From assembly GCA_002269645.1 (NCBI GenBank), contig NIVC01002066.1, forward strand, positions 62,001-126,000: DNA of 64,000 nucleotides, read 5' to 3'. Origin of the DNA: Macrostomum lignano (lineage: Eukaryota). The position numbers were made by a program, and so were the translations under genes. Under the pieces are notes generated by a model. The model did no database searches. It was not told where the DNA came from and worked only from the letters and a program-made list of their open reading frames with translations. Of the stretch, positions 25,607-38,500 are shown one piece after another. Each line of letters begins with the position of its first letter. The stretch's first letter is position 1.

Positions 25607-27213
25607 GCAGCCAACCTGCAGTGGCAGCAACAGCATGCGGTGTGCGGCCTGCACAGGACATGTGCCATGCGATTCAGTGCTGCAGCAGTTACTGTGAGAA
25701 CAGAATGCTGCTTCTATCCACTGGTCCTGTTCACCTCGTTCGGGCAACCAGACCGAGCTCGACCAACGAGCTCAGAGTGAGCTTCAGCTTCCAAGAGAAA
25801 GTCATAATGAGGCAGCTGAGCACAGTCCAGGGCCAGCTGTTCACACTCATCAAGTTCATCTTCAAGAGACACTTGCCGCTCAATCTGGACACACCTGGAC
25901 TCAAGACCTACCATGCAAAGACTCTGCTATTCTTCATGCTAAAGAAGCATGGCACACATCCTTCAAGTGAGGCTTGGCAGCCCCACAATCTGATCACTCT
26001 GCTCAAGGAGTCTCTCGACATGATGCTGAGCTTCATCGACTCGAGCAGCTCGCCCGATGAGTGCATGCCGCACTTCTTCATGCCCGACGCTCCGCTCTAC
26101 TTCAAGAACGCTGGAATCGGCGGCGACTTCGACAACACGAAGGCGAGGGTTCGAGACCGACTTTGTGAGCTGAGAAGCGACATCGGCGGAGTGGTCGAGC
26201 AGCTGAGGAGACTCGTGAGACCTCTGCAGTCAGAGAAGTTCTACTTTCACCCGTTCACTCTGCTGCCTCTGACAGCGCCGCCTGTTGTCACGGAGATCAG
26301 AAAACAAACTTATCCGGTAGAGTTGACCTGCGATATATATGAGTTTTACTACAAGTTCGCAGACGTGTACAGTGTGGTGCACCAGTGCGTTAGCGAGTTG
26401 CAGTCGGAATCGAGCGACAGAGACATCCTGATGAAGCAGCTCAGTCTCCTGCATGAGCTGCAGTGGTGCAAGTGCGCTGCTCTGTGCATGACCGCCATGG
26501 CGCATTTGAAGTTCGGAGAATCTGAGGAGGCTGAGAGACTTGCGATGGAGCTGCAGAGACATCAGGTTGAGTCAGGGTTGAAGCCACAAGATATTCGAAT
26601 AGATCTTTATCAGATCAAAACTAAATTGCCGGAAGACTCAGACTGGGCGTGGAGGTTCTGCCTCCCCTGCGACTCTCCGCCTCGCTTCCCATTCCTTCCC
26701 GAGTTCACGCAGACTCTGTTCACAGCCAGACTGTCGCAGCCTCTCTCCTCCCACCTGTACGTGAACTTCCGCTGCCTGAGCTGGAGTCTCCAAGCTGAGC
26801 TGCTCCGCAATCGCGCACCTGCAATCGCATTCGATCATTGGATTGAACAGCTGCTTGGAGACCCGGACTTGGAGGAGCTGCTCACTCTGGCTCACTACAG
26901 CGACTGCCGCAAGCACGTGGAGCTCAGCCTGCAGCAGATGAAGATGATCGAGAAAGAGAGACGCGTCGCCATGGAGACGCAGGACGAGGAGAAGATCGGC
27001 TGGGTCAGGAAGAAGCGGTGGCGAGTTTCGAACTGCAGCGGCAGCGACAGCGGCGCCCACCGCAGCAGGGAAGATGAGGAGCGGAGGCTGTGGGCGAGGG
27101 CGAGGTTGCGGCGAGACGGGGCCGACTTGGGGCGCCTGGTTGCCATGGAAACTGCAGCGGAGCAGAGAGACAGCTGGACTCACGCCAAGCTCAATCGGAT
27201 GAGACTGCAGTGA
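25607..27213 (+). CDS. ANK-Mab-21 gene exon 3: Mab-21 C-terminal helical domain and C-terminal extension
   Basis: The phase-1 acceptor (cttcag) is in frame. Motifs QDMCHAI, LRVSFSFQEK, LKTYHAKTLLF and PHFFMP are typical of Mab-21/cGLR. The spliced total is 5289 nt = 1762 aa plus stop. Confidence 0.85.
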
Positions 27214-28109
27214 CCTGAGCCCTCCTGCTATGAACTGCAGCTTTGCACATTTGTGCTGCAATTCAATTCTCTCTGCATGCTGAGTTGTTTTTTCATTCGA
27301 ACTGCGTGTCTGCTTTGATGCGGGCTTTTCTCTGCGATTTTGTTCTGCGGACTTCAATACCCAATTGCCAATGCTGTTTAATGACAATATTCAAGCCAAA
27401 TGCACAGGTAGCAGTTATCTGCATGAACCTGGAGAATTGAAAGGTCGGCTGGGTGAGGGAGAAGCTGAAGAAGACTTGATGCAGCCGCTTGAGTTGACCT
27501 CGTTATCTTGTAAGGTTTTCTGGCTTTTACGCGTCTGTTTGGGAAAATTTAGTGTATATGTTTGTCATAAATATTTATATCGATGTACTTTTATGGCTTA
27601 AATTAATTTGTGCACATGCTCCTTGATTCTTTAAACATATCCCCCCAGAACAAGCCACATGTTTCATTATGTACTTACATCATGTACTCATGTACCCTGC
27701 AGTGACTGACAGCCTGACAGCTCACTCATGAACATTCAGTCACTGACAGCCTGACAGCTCCCTCATGAACATTCAGTGACTGACAGCCTGGCATCAACTA
27801 TAAATCCATTAGTTAACTTATTGCTGTTTCACATTGGTCTTGAATCGGTAAAAGTGACGAAGTTCCTCATCTACACTTCAGTAGTTGAAGTTGCTTTGCT
27901 AAAATGCGTTTGTATAAAGTATATTTGGTTGTTTTTTCCGCTTTGAAATAATTGAAAATAATGGAGGAGTTTGTGCATGAGTTCTGTGCACAGGGCTGCC
28001 TGCAAACTGCCGCGTATTGAAAACTTTCAGGATTTTGTAAGCCAGAAACCAATTCTTTCACCGATACGAGGATTCCATTCTATGGAGCATAAGATGAGAA
28101 TACCTACAG

Positions 28110-29750
28110 TTAATCACCTCTTCTCCCTTTACCTCCCTCCCCTCTCTTTCCCTTCCTTCCTTCTCCCTCTTGCTTCCCTCCAATTTCTACCACTTCCCTC
28201 CCTCCTTAGTGTCTTCCCCTCCCCCCAGTGTCTCGCTCTCCCCCCAGTGTCTCCGTCTCCCCACCCCAGTGTCTCCCTCTCCTTCCTCAGTGTCTCCCTC
28301 TCCTCCCCCAGTGTCTCCCTCTCCTTCCCCAGTGTCTCCTTCTCCTCCCCCAGTGTCTCCCTCTCCTCCTCAGTGTCTCCCTCTCCTCCCTCAGTGTCTC
28401 CCTCTCCTCCCTCAGTGTCTCCCTCTCCTCCCCCAGTGTCTCCCTCTCCTCCCCCAGTGTCTCCCTCTCCTCCCTCAGTGTCTCCCTCTCCCCCCCAGTG
28501 TCTCCCTCTCCCCCCCAGTGTCTCCCTCTCCCCCCAGTGTCTCCCTCTCCTCCCCCAGAGTCTCCCTCTCCTCCCTCAGTGTCTTCCTCTCCTCCCCCAG
28601 TGTCTCCCTCTCCTCCCCCAGTGTCTCCCTCTCCTCCCCCAGTGTCTCCTTCTCCTCCCCCAGTGTCTCCCTCTCCTCCCCCAGTGTCTCCTTCTCCTCC
28701 CTCAGTGTCTCCCTCTCCTCCGCCAGTGTCTCCTTCTCCTCCCTCAGTGTCTCCCTCTCCTCCCCCAGTGTCTCCTTCTCCTCCCCCAGTGTCTCCCTCT
28801 CCTCCCCCAGTGTCTCCCTCTCCTCCCCCAGTGTCTCCCTCTCCTCCCCCAGTGTCTCCCTCTTTCTCCCCAGTGTCTCCCTCTCCTCCCCCAGTGTCTC
28901 CTTCTCCTCCCCCAGTGTCTCCTTCTCCTCCTCAACGTGTCTCCCTCTCCTCCCCCAGTGTCTCCCTCTCCCCCCCAGTGTCTCCTTCTCCTCCCCCAGT
29001 GTCTCCCTCTCCCCCTCAGTGTCTCCCTCTCCTCCCTCAGTGTCTCCCTCTCCTCCCTCAGTGTCTCCCTCTCCTCCCCCAGTGTCTCCCTCTCCTCCCC
29101 CAGTGTCTCCCTCTCCTCCCTCAGTGTCTCCCTCTCCCCCCCCCAGTGTCTCCCTCTCCCCCCCAGTGTCTCCCTCTCCCCCCAGTGTCTCCCTCTCCTC
29201 CCTCAGTGTCTTCCTCTCCTCCCCCAGTGTCTCCCTCTCCTCCCCAGTGTCTCCCTCTCCTCCCCCAGTGTCTCCTTCTCCTCCCCCAGTGTCTCCCTCT
29301 CCTCCCCCAGTGTCTCCTTCTCCTCCCTCAGTGTCTCCCTCTCCTCCGCCAGTGTCTCCTTCTCCTCCCTCAGTGTCTCCCTCTCCCCCCCAGTGTCTCC
29401 CTCTCCTCCCCCAGAGTCTCCCTCTCCTCCCCCAGTGTCTCCCTCTCCTCCCCCAGTGTCTCCCTCTTTCTCCCCAGTGTCTCCCTCTCCTCCCCCAGTG
29501 TCTCCCTCTCCCCCTCAGTGTCTCCTTCTCCTCCTCAACGTGTCTCCCTCTCCTCCCCCAGTGTCTCCCTCTCCTCCCCCAGTGTCTCCTTCTCCTCCCC
29601 CAGTGTCTCCCTCTCCTCCCTCAGTGTCTCCCTCTCCTCCCTCAGTGTCTCCCTCTCCTCCCTCAGTGTCTCCCTCTCCTCCCCCAGTGTCTCTCTCTTC
29701 TCGCCCAGTGTCTCCCTCTCCTCCCTCAGTGTCTCCTTCTCCTCTTCAGT
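28110..29750. repeat. CT-rich ~21-bp minisatellite (cagtgtctccctctcctcccc)n
   Basis: Direct reading. Open in three frames (SPSPPPV / QCLPLLP / SVSLSSP). Confidence 0.95.
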
Positions 29751-30360
29751 TTTTGTCAGCAATCATGGATAAAAAGCAGATTCCGTGGTTTGCTACTGTC
29801 AGTAGAGTCGAAGAAACTCGCAGCCTTAAACAATCGCCACTGCAGTCTCATCCGGCATGCAGTTTCTGAATGAACAATCCAGTGCGAACTTCAGCCAGCC
29901 ATCCGGGATACCAGGAGGCTGCTGCAGATCCCTCAAGTCATTGCAATTCGCCTTTCTCGACTCCCCCTCAGGCAGCAGAGATGCCGCGCACTGATAAGCT
30001 GGAGCCGATCATCAGCCAAGGGCCACCACGGGAGCGGGACACGAAGCCCCTTCCCCTCTTCCTTCCTTTTGCCCCATCCAATATCGTCACAAATCCTCTC
30101 CATCATTAGGAGGCTGGTAGGACGGAATTACGAGCAGAAGAAGCCATGAACTTCTGGCTGCATTGGTTCGGCTTTCTTAGGGCGAGCGGCTGATGCGGAT
30201 TAGGCTGTCCGGTCACCGGGAGTGGGGGCTGCCGCAGTTGTGAGCACAGGGTGTTGATTGGCCACCCCCGTGTGTTTGCTTGAGCTGAGCTGTGCAGCCC
30301 GTGCTTTATTTAGGGCTAAGTGCTGCCTGCCTTGTCTTGGCTGTTTTGGGACTCGCTTTG

Positions 30361-30697
30361 CTGCTGAGCTGAGTGCTGATGCTGGCTCTGATTTCTGCTG
30401 AGCTGAGTGCTGATGCTGGCTCTGATTGCTGCTGAGCTGAGTGCTAATGCTGGCTCTGATTGCTGCTGAGCTGAGTGCTGATGCTGCCTCTGATTGCTGC
30501 TGAGCTGAGTGCTGATGCTGCCTCTGATTGCTGCTGAGCTGAGTGCTGATGCTGCCTCTGATTGCTGCTGAGCTGAGTGCTGATGCTGGCTCTGATTGCT
30601 GCTGAGCTGAGTGCTGATGCTGGCTCTGATTGCTGCTGAGCTGAGTGCTGATGCTGCCTCTGATTGCTGCTGAGCTGAGTGCTGATGCTGGCTCTGA
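30361..30697. repeat. 34-bp tandem repeat, ~10 copies
   Basis: Unit ctgctgagctgagtgctgatgctg(g/c)ctctgattg. Confidence 0.9.
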
Positions 30698-30769
30698 TCC
30701 CCAACTGTAGTTTGTCTGTTCTCACCTTGATGACGCTTTTCTGTGCCTCTGGTATTCTATTGCCCTTGT

Positions 30770-31200
30770 GTTTTCCTCCTTTCCCCTCATCTACTCTCCT
30801 CTCCTCTCCTCTCCCTTCATCTACTCTCTAATCCGCTCTGCTCTCCTCTCCTCTCCTCTCCTCTCCTCTCCTCTCCTCTCCTCTCCTCTCCTCTCCTCTC
30901 CCTTCATCTACTCTCTAATCCGCTCTGCTCTCCTCTCCTCTCCTCTCCTCTCCTCTCCTCTCCTCTCCTCTCCTCTCCTCTCCTCTCCCTTCATCTACTC
31001 TCTAATCCGCTCTGCTCTCCTCTCCTCTCCTCTCCTCTCCTCTCCCTTCATCTACTCTCTAATCCGTTCTGCTCTCCTCTCCTCTCCTCTCCTCTCCTCT
31101 CCTCTCCTCTCCCTTCATCTACTCTCTAATCCGCTCTGCTCTCCTCTCCTCTCCTCTCCTCTCCTCTCCCCTTCTTTACTCTCTTCTACTTTTTTCTCCT
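30770..31200. repeat. (CTCCT)n microsatellite with higher-order unit
   Basis: Direct reading; the spacer cccttcatctactctctaatccgctctg recurs. Confidence 0.9.
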
Positions 31201-31663
31201 CTTATTTTCTTTTTTCTCCCCTCGTCTTCTCTCTCCACAAAAACTTTATTATTAGATTCCAATAAGCAATTGTAATGCCGATAATTTATTTATTTAAAAA
31301 AAGTTTTCCGTTTGAACTGCGCTCGGACATCTTTCTCTTGATCTTTTTACAAATATAAAGCTACCCAATTGTTTAATCATTTATGTGAACATCCTGCGAG
31401 CTGCAATAAACACGTGTGTAAGTACAGATGCCTTCTATAATTGAACATGTTAACGGAAATAATTTTCAGTAAAATTGTAAGAGTATTATTATATAACAAT
31501 TATGAACTTATTTCTAAGAATCGCTCAACGCCTTCTTGCCGGAGTTTGGACTTTGGCAAGTTATCCAGTAATTTCCTTAGATTTCCAGTTGTTGCCCAAA
31601 GATTCAGTATGAAATCTCAAAGTCACTCAATCACGATCGTTGGAGCATCCATCGCAGCTGCCA

Positions 31664-33569
31664 TCATGAGCGCTCATTGGCAGTTTGGCAGTAGAGCCTG
31701 CAGTCAGCTGGTGCCGCAGTCCTCGCTGACATGGCCGGAGACGCTGTGAATCTCAACTGACAAGCTGATGTCGTAGCAGCCCCAGCAGGTGCACCAGCAC
31801 CACCAGCTGCTGCAGCAGTCGATGTTGAAGAAGACGCTCCGTGCAGAAAAGTCGGCGAATACGGCGGCGGAGGCATCAGGAAGATTGGCGACGTCACTTC
31901 GCTGCCAGGTGACAGAGTGCTGGAGCAGACGGTCGGGCTGAATCGCTGCCAGCGTGGCGAGTCGCACAGGTGGCAGGGCCGCGACTCCTGCTGGTGCTGT
32001 TGCAGGTGGCTTCGACTGCTCAGGCCTCCTTCAGTGAAGCCTGCGGCGAGGTACCTGGAGTTGAAAAGATAAAATCTGAAGGCTGCGTACGGCGGCTGTT
32101 CAGTCCAAGGACTGGGGGGTCACCTCACACACGGTCCTCCAATTAGCCAAGCTAACGCTGGCACCCATTTTACAGCTGGGTGAACTGAAGCAATGCAGAG
32201 TTAAGTGTCTTGCTCAAGGACACAAATTGTTCCGAGTGTGGACAGTTTATCAATAAATTATCAACAAATTATCAATAGATACTTAAAAGTTTCGTTCCAG
32301 AATTAACTCTGAACAAATTTCTGAATAGATTACGAGTATTTTTAGATTACGAGACAATTTATTCCACTAGAAGTGTCACCGAGATATGAAAAATTCACTC
32401 CTATTGTGGTGTCTGATATTTCCATAAATTTCCACCGAAATTCCACTTGATATTCCTCCAGAATTCCCAGAAGATAATTCCCAGAATAACCCTTAAGATT
32501 GCCCCTATGATATTTCCCCAGAATTTTCCCCCTAAGATTCCGTCTGATATTTCTCGAGAATTCCCCTATAATTCTGTTTTATTCAGAATTCCCTAAAAAT
32601 CCCATCTGAGAGTCCCCCGAGAAGTCCCTTATGATTATTTTTGATATTTCTCTAGAATTCGCTTAAGATATAGTCTGATAGTCCCAGAGAGATGCTTTGA
32701 AAACTTCGTTTGATATCCTAGAATTCCTACAAGATTCTGTTTGATACTCAAAGCTGCACGCATCTCGCTCTGCTCTGCTCACCCGGGCGCCTGCTGCTGC
32801 AGCAGAGGTGTACTCGGGTACGACCTGCCCTGCTCCTGCGGCAGGTAGCAGCCACCGGCCGAAGCCGCAGTGAACGCAGCCGAAGCCGCCGCTAGCTGCT
32901 CCTCGTTATTCCGTCCACCGGTGCAGCTCCCCGACTTTGACGCCGAAGCCGCTGACGAACTTCGCCGAGAGCCGCCGTTGGCGTAGCGCCGTTTCAGACG
33001 CAGCGCGTAGCAGGCGGCGCAGAGCAGCAGCCCGAAGGAGGCGAAGCAGGCGACGCAGACGCCCAGGACGAGGCGACGCCATGCCGGTCGGAGAAACTCG
33101 GCGAAGCTCATCTCGTTGTCGTCGGCAGATGGTTTCCGTGTCGTCTTAGGCGGCTCTGCTAGCTGCGGTGGCGGTGGCAGCCAGTTGAAGTTGTCGTCGC
33201 CTTCATTGTTGCGCTTTCTCAGCTGCGGGCGGTCCGCTTCCGAGCTGCCGTCAAACTTGACGCGCTCTCGAATCGGCAGCGGACGGACCTTCAACCTGAC
33301 GCTTGCAGTCACCACTCCGGAGGCGTTCGCAGAGGAGAACCGGGAGCTGGGGCCTCGATGACTTCGCAGCAGGTCCGCAGAGCAGGTGTACAAGCCAGCC
33401 ATCTCCTGGCGCACATCAGCCAGCTTCAGGCTGACCACATGGTAACTGTTGCGCTCGAAGAAATCCCTGAGAGACAGCTGGCGCCGATGCTGACGCCCGC
33501 CCGTCTCTGAGAAGCCGTCCAGACGGTCTTCGCTGCGGAGATGAAGGATGGATTTTGATGAATGAGCAG
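31664..33569 (-). CDS. Ig-superfamily single-pass membrane protein, last two exons (32783-33569 and 31664-32054)
   Basis: SLKLADVRQEMAGLYTCSA is the Ig E-F strand with the second Cys; TM segment LVLGVCVACFASFGLLLCAACYAL is followed by RLKRR. The phase-2 donor at 32782 joins an in-frame acceptor at 32054. The tail contains PPPPY. Confidence 0.8.
32076..32240 (-). mobile_element. CORE-like SINE, headless copy
   Basis: The reverse complement gtgtccttgagcaagacacttaactctgcattgcttcagttcacccagctgtaaaatggg parallels the CORE consensus. It shares a tail with 48225-48400. Confidence 0.75.
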
Positions 33570-33674
33570 CTGAGGCAGAACTTCCACTTTGACAATTTGA
33601 GGGCGCTTAAAAGGTAGATACTTTCAAAAAAGCACCGTTGTGGCGCCAAAAAGGGACTATTGGGGGGGGGGCAA

Positions 33675-34285
33675 AAAGACACTATGATGTGGCGCCAAAA
33701 CGACACTATGATGTGGCGGCAAAAAGACACTATGATGTGGCGCCAAAACGACACTATGATGTGGCGCCAAAACGACACTATGATGTGGCGCCAAAAAGAC
33801 ACTATGATGTCGCGCCAAAACGACACTATGATGTGGCGCCAAAACGACACTATGATGTGGCGCCAAAACGACACTATGATGTGGCGCCAAAACGACACTA
33901 TGATGTGGCGCCAAAACGACACTATGATGTGGCGCCAAAAAGACACTAATGTGGCGCCAAAAAGACACTATGATGTGCCGCCAAAAGATACTATAATGTG
34001 GTGCCAAAAAGACACTATGATGTGGCGCCAAAAAGATACTATAATGTGGTGCCAAAAAGACACTATGATGTGCCGCCAAAAAGATACTATAATGTGGTGC
34101 CAAAAAGACACTATGATGTGCCGCCAAAAAGATACTATAATGTGGTGCCAAAAAGACACTTTGATGTAGCGCCAAAAAGACACTATACTGTGGTGCCAAA
34201 AAGACTACGAGCGTATGATGTAGCGCCAAAAAGACACTATGATGTGGCGCCAAAGAAACAATATGATGTGGCGCCAAAAGATACT
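33675..34285. repeat. 24-bp minisatellite (gtggcgccaaaacgacactatgat)n
   Basis: Direct reading; ~25 units with variants. Confidence 0.95.
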
Positions 34286-34679
34286 ATTAAGCTATTATTA
34301 CTACTTTACAATGGCCAATCCGTTATCCACGCCAAGCGGTGACTCAGCGACAAAAATTTCTCTGCCAATTCAATCGTCATGTTTTTTCAAGTTATTCCGC
34401 AGCTGGCGTGATTGACGATGAAGGGGGGGGGTTGCTTTCGGCCAATCATTCACTGCCTAAGCTGCAGTCTGCAGTTGCTTTCTGCCTCAGCCTCTTTGAC
34501 ACAAAATCAATGATGCGCGCTTTTCTACAGAAAGAAGAAAAACCAACAAATTCTGATTGGAAATTGATGGGCTGAAAGAGCCGCGGCAAATTACTGATTT
34601 CTGACCGCTCTCCCGCTTCGGGCTCTGCTTTAAAGGACTTTTTTGTACGATTTTGGTTCTCCACTGTCTCATATTAATT

Positions 34680-34930
34680 ACAAATCATCTCACCTCTCTC
34701 CCTCTTGATCCTCTCTCCCTCTCTTCTTTTCCCACCCTCTAACCCTCCCTTCCATCCCTCCTCCTCTAACTTCTCTCCTCCTCTCTCTCCATCCGTACCC
34801 TCTTTCATCCTCCCTGCTATCTCACCCTCTCTCCCCCAGTCTCCCCTTCTCTTCTCTATGTTCCCTTCTCCCACCCTCTCTCCCCCTCTCTCCGTATTTC
34901 TTCTCTCGTTTCGTCTCATATTCCCTCATA
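34680..34930. repeat. CT-rich low-complexity tract
   Basis: Direct reading. Confidence 0.8.
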
Positions 34931-35449
34931 TTTGCAGTTCAATCTCCATGCAAGTACAAGCGTGTACCAGTATGTATCTGTATCAAGATTTAGTGATGCT
35001 ACTGAACGTCGATTTTCTCAACATATCGGTATCCATTTTTGTACATCAGTTTCAAGCATAAAGGTGTACGCAAGCGACTAGGGTTCTATGTAGTTTTAAG
35101 TGTACTTTTAAAGTAGAAGCTCGTGAAGTCCTCGTTTTAAAACAGTCTAAAAGCCCAAAATGGGGTCAGCGGAAAGTTTCTTAAAGTCCATTGCTTTCGG
35201 ACCGAAGCACAGCCGACTAAGGAATTCGGCAAACATTCAGCTAGCAACAACCAAAGCTTTAGTTATACAAGCGTAACATTGTTAAATCCACTGTGGCTCC
35301 CATACCAATGAATGACTGTCGGAATAGCTGATCCTTGCATGTTTGCATTGGAAAGTTTTGCTTTTTTAGGTTTTGGGGAAGAAATTCCCCTTTGAACAAC
35401 TGGGACTGATTTTTAATGCAATTGAAACAGTTATATAGTTTAGACTGGG

Positions 35450-36390
35450 GAGAGACAGGAGACAGACAGGAGATAGACAGGAGACAGACAGGAGACAGAC
35501 AGGAAATAGACAGGAGACAGACATGAGACAGACATGAGACAGACAGGAGACAGACAGGAGACAGAAAGGAGACAGACAGGAGACAGACAGGAGACAGACA
35601 GGAGACAGACATGAGACAGACATGAGACAGACAGGAGACAGACAGGAGACAGACAGGAGACAGAAAGGAGACAGACAGGAGACAGACAGGAGACAGACAG
35701 GAGACAGACAGGAAATAGACAGGAGACAGACAGGAGACAGACAGGAGACAGACAGGAGACAGACAGGAGACAGACAGGAGACAGACAGGAGACAGAAAGG
35801 AGACAGACAGGAGACAGACAGGAGACAGAAAGGAGACAGACAGGAGACAGACAGGAGACAGACAGAAGACAGACAGGAAACAGACAGAAGACAGACAGAA
35901 GACAGACAGAAGACAGACAGGAGACAGAAAGGAGACAGACAGGAGACAGACAGGAGACAGACAGGAGACAGAAAGGAGACAGACAGGAGACAGACAGGAG
36001 ACAGACAGGAGATAGACACGAGACAGAGAGGAGACAGACAGAAGACAGACAGGAGACAGACAGGAGACAGAGAGGAGACAGACAGGAGACAGACAGGAGA
36101 GAGACAAGAGACAGACAGGAGACAGACAGGAGACAGACAGGAGATAGACAGGAGACAGACAGGAGACAGAGAGGAGACAGACAGGAGATAGACAGGAGAC
36201 AAACAGGAGACAGACAGGAGAAAGGCAGGAGACAGACAGGAAACAGACAGAAGACAGGCAGGAGACAGAGAGGAGACAGACAGGAGACAGACAGAAGACA
36301 GACAGAAGACAGACATGAGACAGACAGAAGACAGACAGGAGACAGACAGGAGACAGAGAGGAGACAGACAGAAGAAAGACAGGACAGAGC
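35450..36390. repeat. 11-bp (GACAGACAGGA)n satellite
   Basis: Direct reading. Confidence 0.95.
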
Positions 36391-37394
36391 AGATAAAACG
36401 CACAGTGATATTTAATAGGATCCATGCTATGTCTAATTTTAGGCAATTCAAAAGCAGTGCTGGTTCGTCATCATACCAGATAAGACGCATTGGGGAGTCC
36501 CTGCCCAGATTTCATCCAGCAATGTAAGACGGCGATTATATTCCTAATTTCCTTTTTAAACCCCGCGACCCCGTCCTAGGGCGCAGTTCCTGCAGTAGCT
36601 GATCCCCACCAGAGTCAATATCCGATACTTGGCCTCGCAGCGAGAGTCACGTGACCCGCAAGGCCCCCCAGCTTTGCCCACTTATAGCCCCTGCCCTCCA
36701 GCCAGAAAGGCACTGCATCAGCAGCAGCTAGGAATTGGGATTTTCTCCGCTTTCACCACAGTTCGGTTTCGAGTGCGGGTTTTTTCTTGGGGGGGGGAAC
36801 GGATCCCCGCGGCAGCTACGATGAAGAAAGTCGTCCCTGCAGACTCCAGATGGGGTATCTCCAGTCTGAACTTGAAGGGATATTGCTGCTTTGGATTTTA
36901 GGGAGCTTCGCAGCGAGTGGGGGGGGGGTTTGGATGTTGTAAAGATTTTACCGAATGATCTGCATTGTTTGTTTATGCAGCGGTGCCCGCAGATTTTTGC
37001 TGATATTTTTCTTAGAAATTAGAAGGTTGGCAATTTCTGCAGGTTCAGCGTACTGCGTTGAATTTTGACTGTTTTTTATAGTCTAGGCCGTAAAAATGGG
37101 CAGCAATGCACTGGTACCCCAAATTGGCGAAGATTTAGATGCTTTTTAGTGCATTTTTTTACAATTTTACAGGTCTACAATCATATTCATTACGGGCAGA
37201 GCAGACTCCCCTGAGCAGTCACACAAGCGCGCGCAAGCGACCCGAACTATATTTATCGTTAGCCTGCATGTACACTTTACTCTGCCTTGGGGGTTGGGCC
37301 CTCAAGGGCGTTAATTGCACGAGCCGAGATTCAAATCTAGCTCCAAATTAATGTGACTGCATTTTAAATCGAGCTGGGGCCGCTGGCACATCAG

Positions 37395-37570
37395 ATCGCC
37401 GCGCCAGACCACTCCAGGGGTAGAACACTCTCACACTACGACCCCTGGTTCGATTCCGTGCAAGGTCACATTCATTTGGGGCTTCTGTCCACGAAACTTC
37501 TGTGCACGCAATTCACATCCATGAGGGCCAACCCCCAAGGCCCAGAAAGTGTACATGCCAGACGATTGTA
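37395..37570 (+). mobile_element. tRNA-related SINE-like element, with an inverted partial copy at 37261-37320
   Basis: B-box ggttcgattcc. The body gcaattcacatccatgagggccaacccccaagg..aaagtgtacatgc matches the reverse complement of 37261-37320. Confidence 0.55.
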
Positions 37571-37799
37571 TTTTCTCAGGAATCAGCGAAATCGCCTCAG
37601 CGTTGACAGTGAGACGATGTCGCCGATGGCTTTTTAGTGTCTGTGGAGGATTTTTTTACCTGACGTTCAACCTACTTTCTCCACGGCGAAGCCATCAGAT
37701 AAGGCCAGCGGAATCTGAGCCATGGAATGATCGGAAATGTACCCAGAGACATGAAAACTGCCACTCCAAATACACAGTCGGAAAGCCTAACGTCGTTTG

Positions 37800-38500
37800 A
37801 GCTAAAGTCAATCGTACTGGTAGCGGTTTTCGACGTTGCAAGATTTGAGATGCCTCGAAGTTGAGGATTAAGGTGGAGACGTGCATTTTCTGTACCGCGA
37901 CGAAGCTTCTGCATCCTCGCCGAAACTTCCAGGGCTGTGGGCCAGATAGACCTTGGTCCCGGCTACACATCGGCTACGTCGGATCAGTAGCTGGCGAGAT
38001 GCTGCTGGTGGTGGTCGACGCCAATTCCAAACAACTAGACGTGTCGGATAACAGGCCCAATTTAATGAGCAAACAGATTTCGGAATTCCTGCGTAACAAT
38101 GGTATCCAGCAGTTTAGGGTGGCACCTTATCACCCAGCCGAGTTGTTCAGACGGACGCTAAAGCGGCCCTTGGAAAAGCAGCGCAATGGATCTTTCAAGG
38201 AAAAAGGAGAAAGTGCAGCATGGATTTTTTCTGAGCTATCGCGTCACGCCGCATGCAACATCCGGCCGGTATGCTTCCTGCTAGCTTCTCATTGGACGCA
38301 AGGAGCGACAAGGCAGTAAGGTCCGATTCTTGATGTTCGAGCCTGGTGACAAGGTCCTGGCCAGAGACTTTAGTGTTAGTCAATGGAAGATAGCTATGAG
38401 TAGTCAGTGTTGCTGACACTGAATGCAATACCTCTTCAGATTCGATAATGACGATCCAGTAGTTCGACGAAATGTTGGACGACGTCCTCAGAGGTCCTCA
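37800..38500 (+). mobile_element. Degenerate Gypsy integrase fragment
   Basis: RPWSRLHIGYVGSVAGEMLLVVVDANSK..SDN..FLRNNGIQQFRVAPYHP. Confidence 0.8.

Noticed and set aside
27971-29873. 500-630 aa Pro/Ser-rich ORFs (extensin- or mucin-like)
   Set aside because: They are open in all three frames because the 21-bp CT-rich unit lacks stops. There is no unique flanking coding sequence or splice evidence.
33675-34285. Possible CRISPR array (also considered 24149-24638 and 42863-43137)
   Set aside because: The repeats are head-to-tail without unique spacers, the context is eukaryotic and there are no cas genes.
33416-34342. Multiple repetitive ORFs (VAPKRHYD, MMWRQNDT, FWRHIIVS)
   Set aside because: They are products of the 24-bp intronic minisatellite read in several frames on both strands.
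35259-36490. Cys-rich ORFs (LSPVCLLSVSC; RQETDRRQTGD)
   Set aside because: Translation of the 11-bp GACAGACAGGA satellite.
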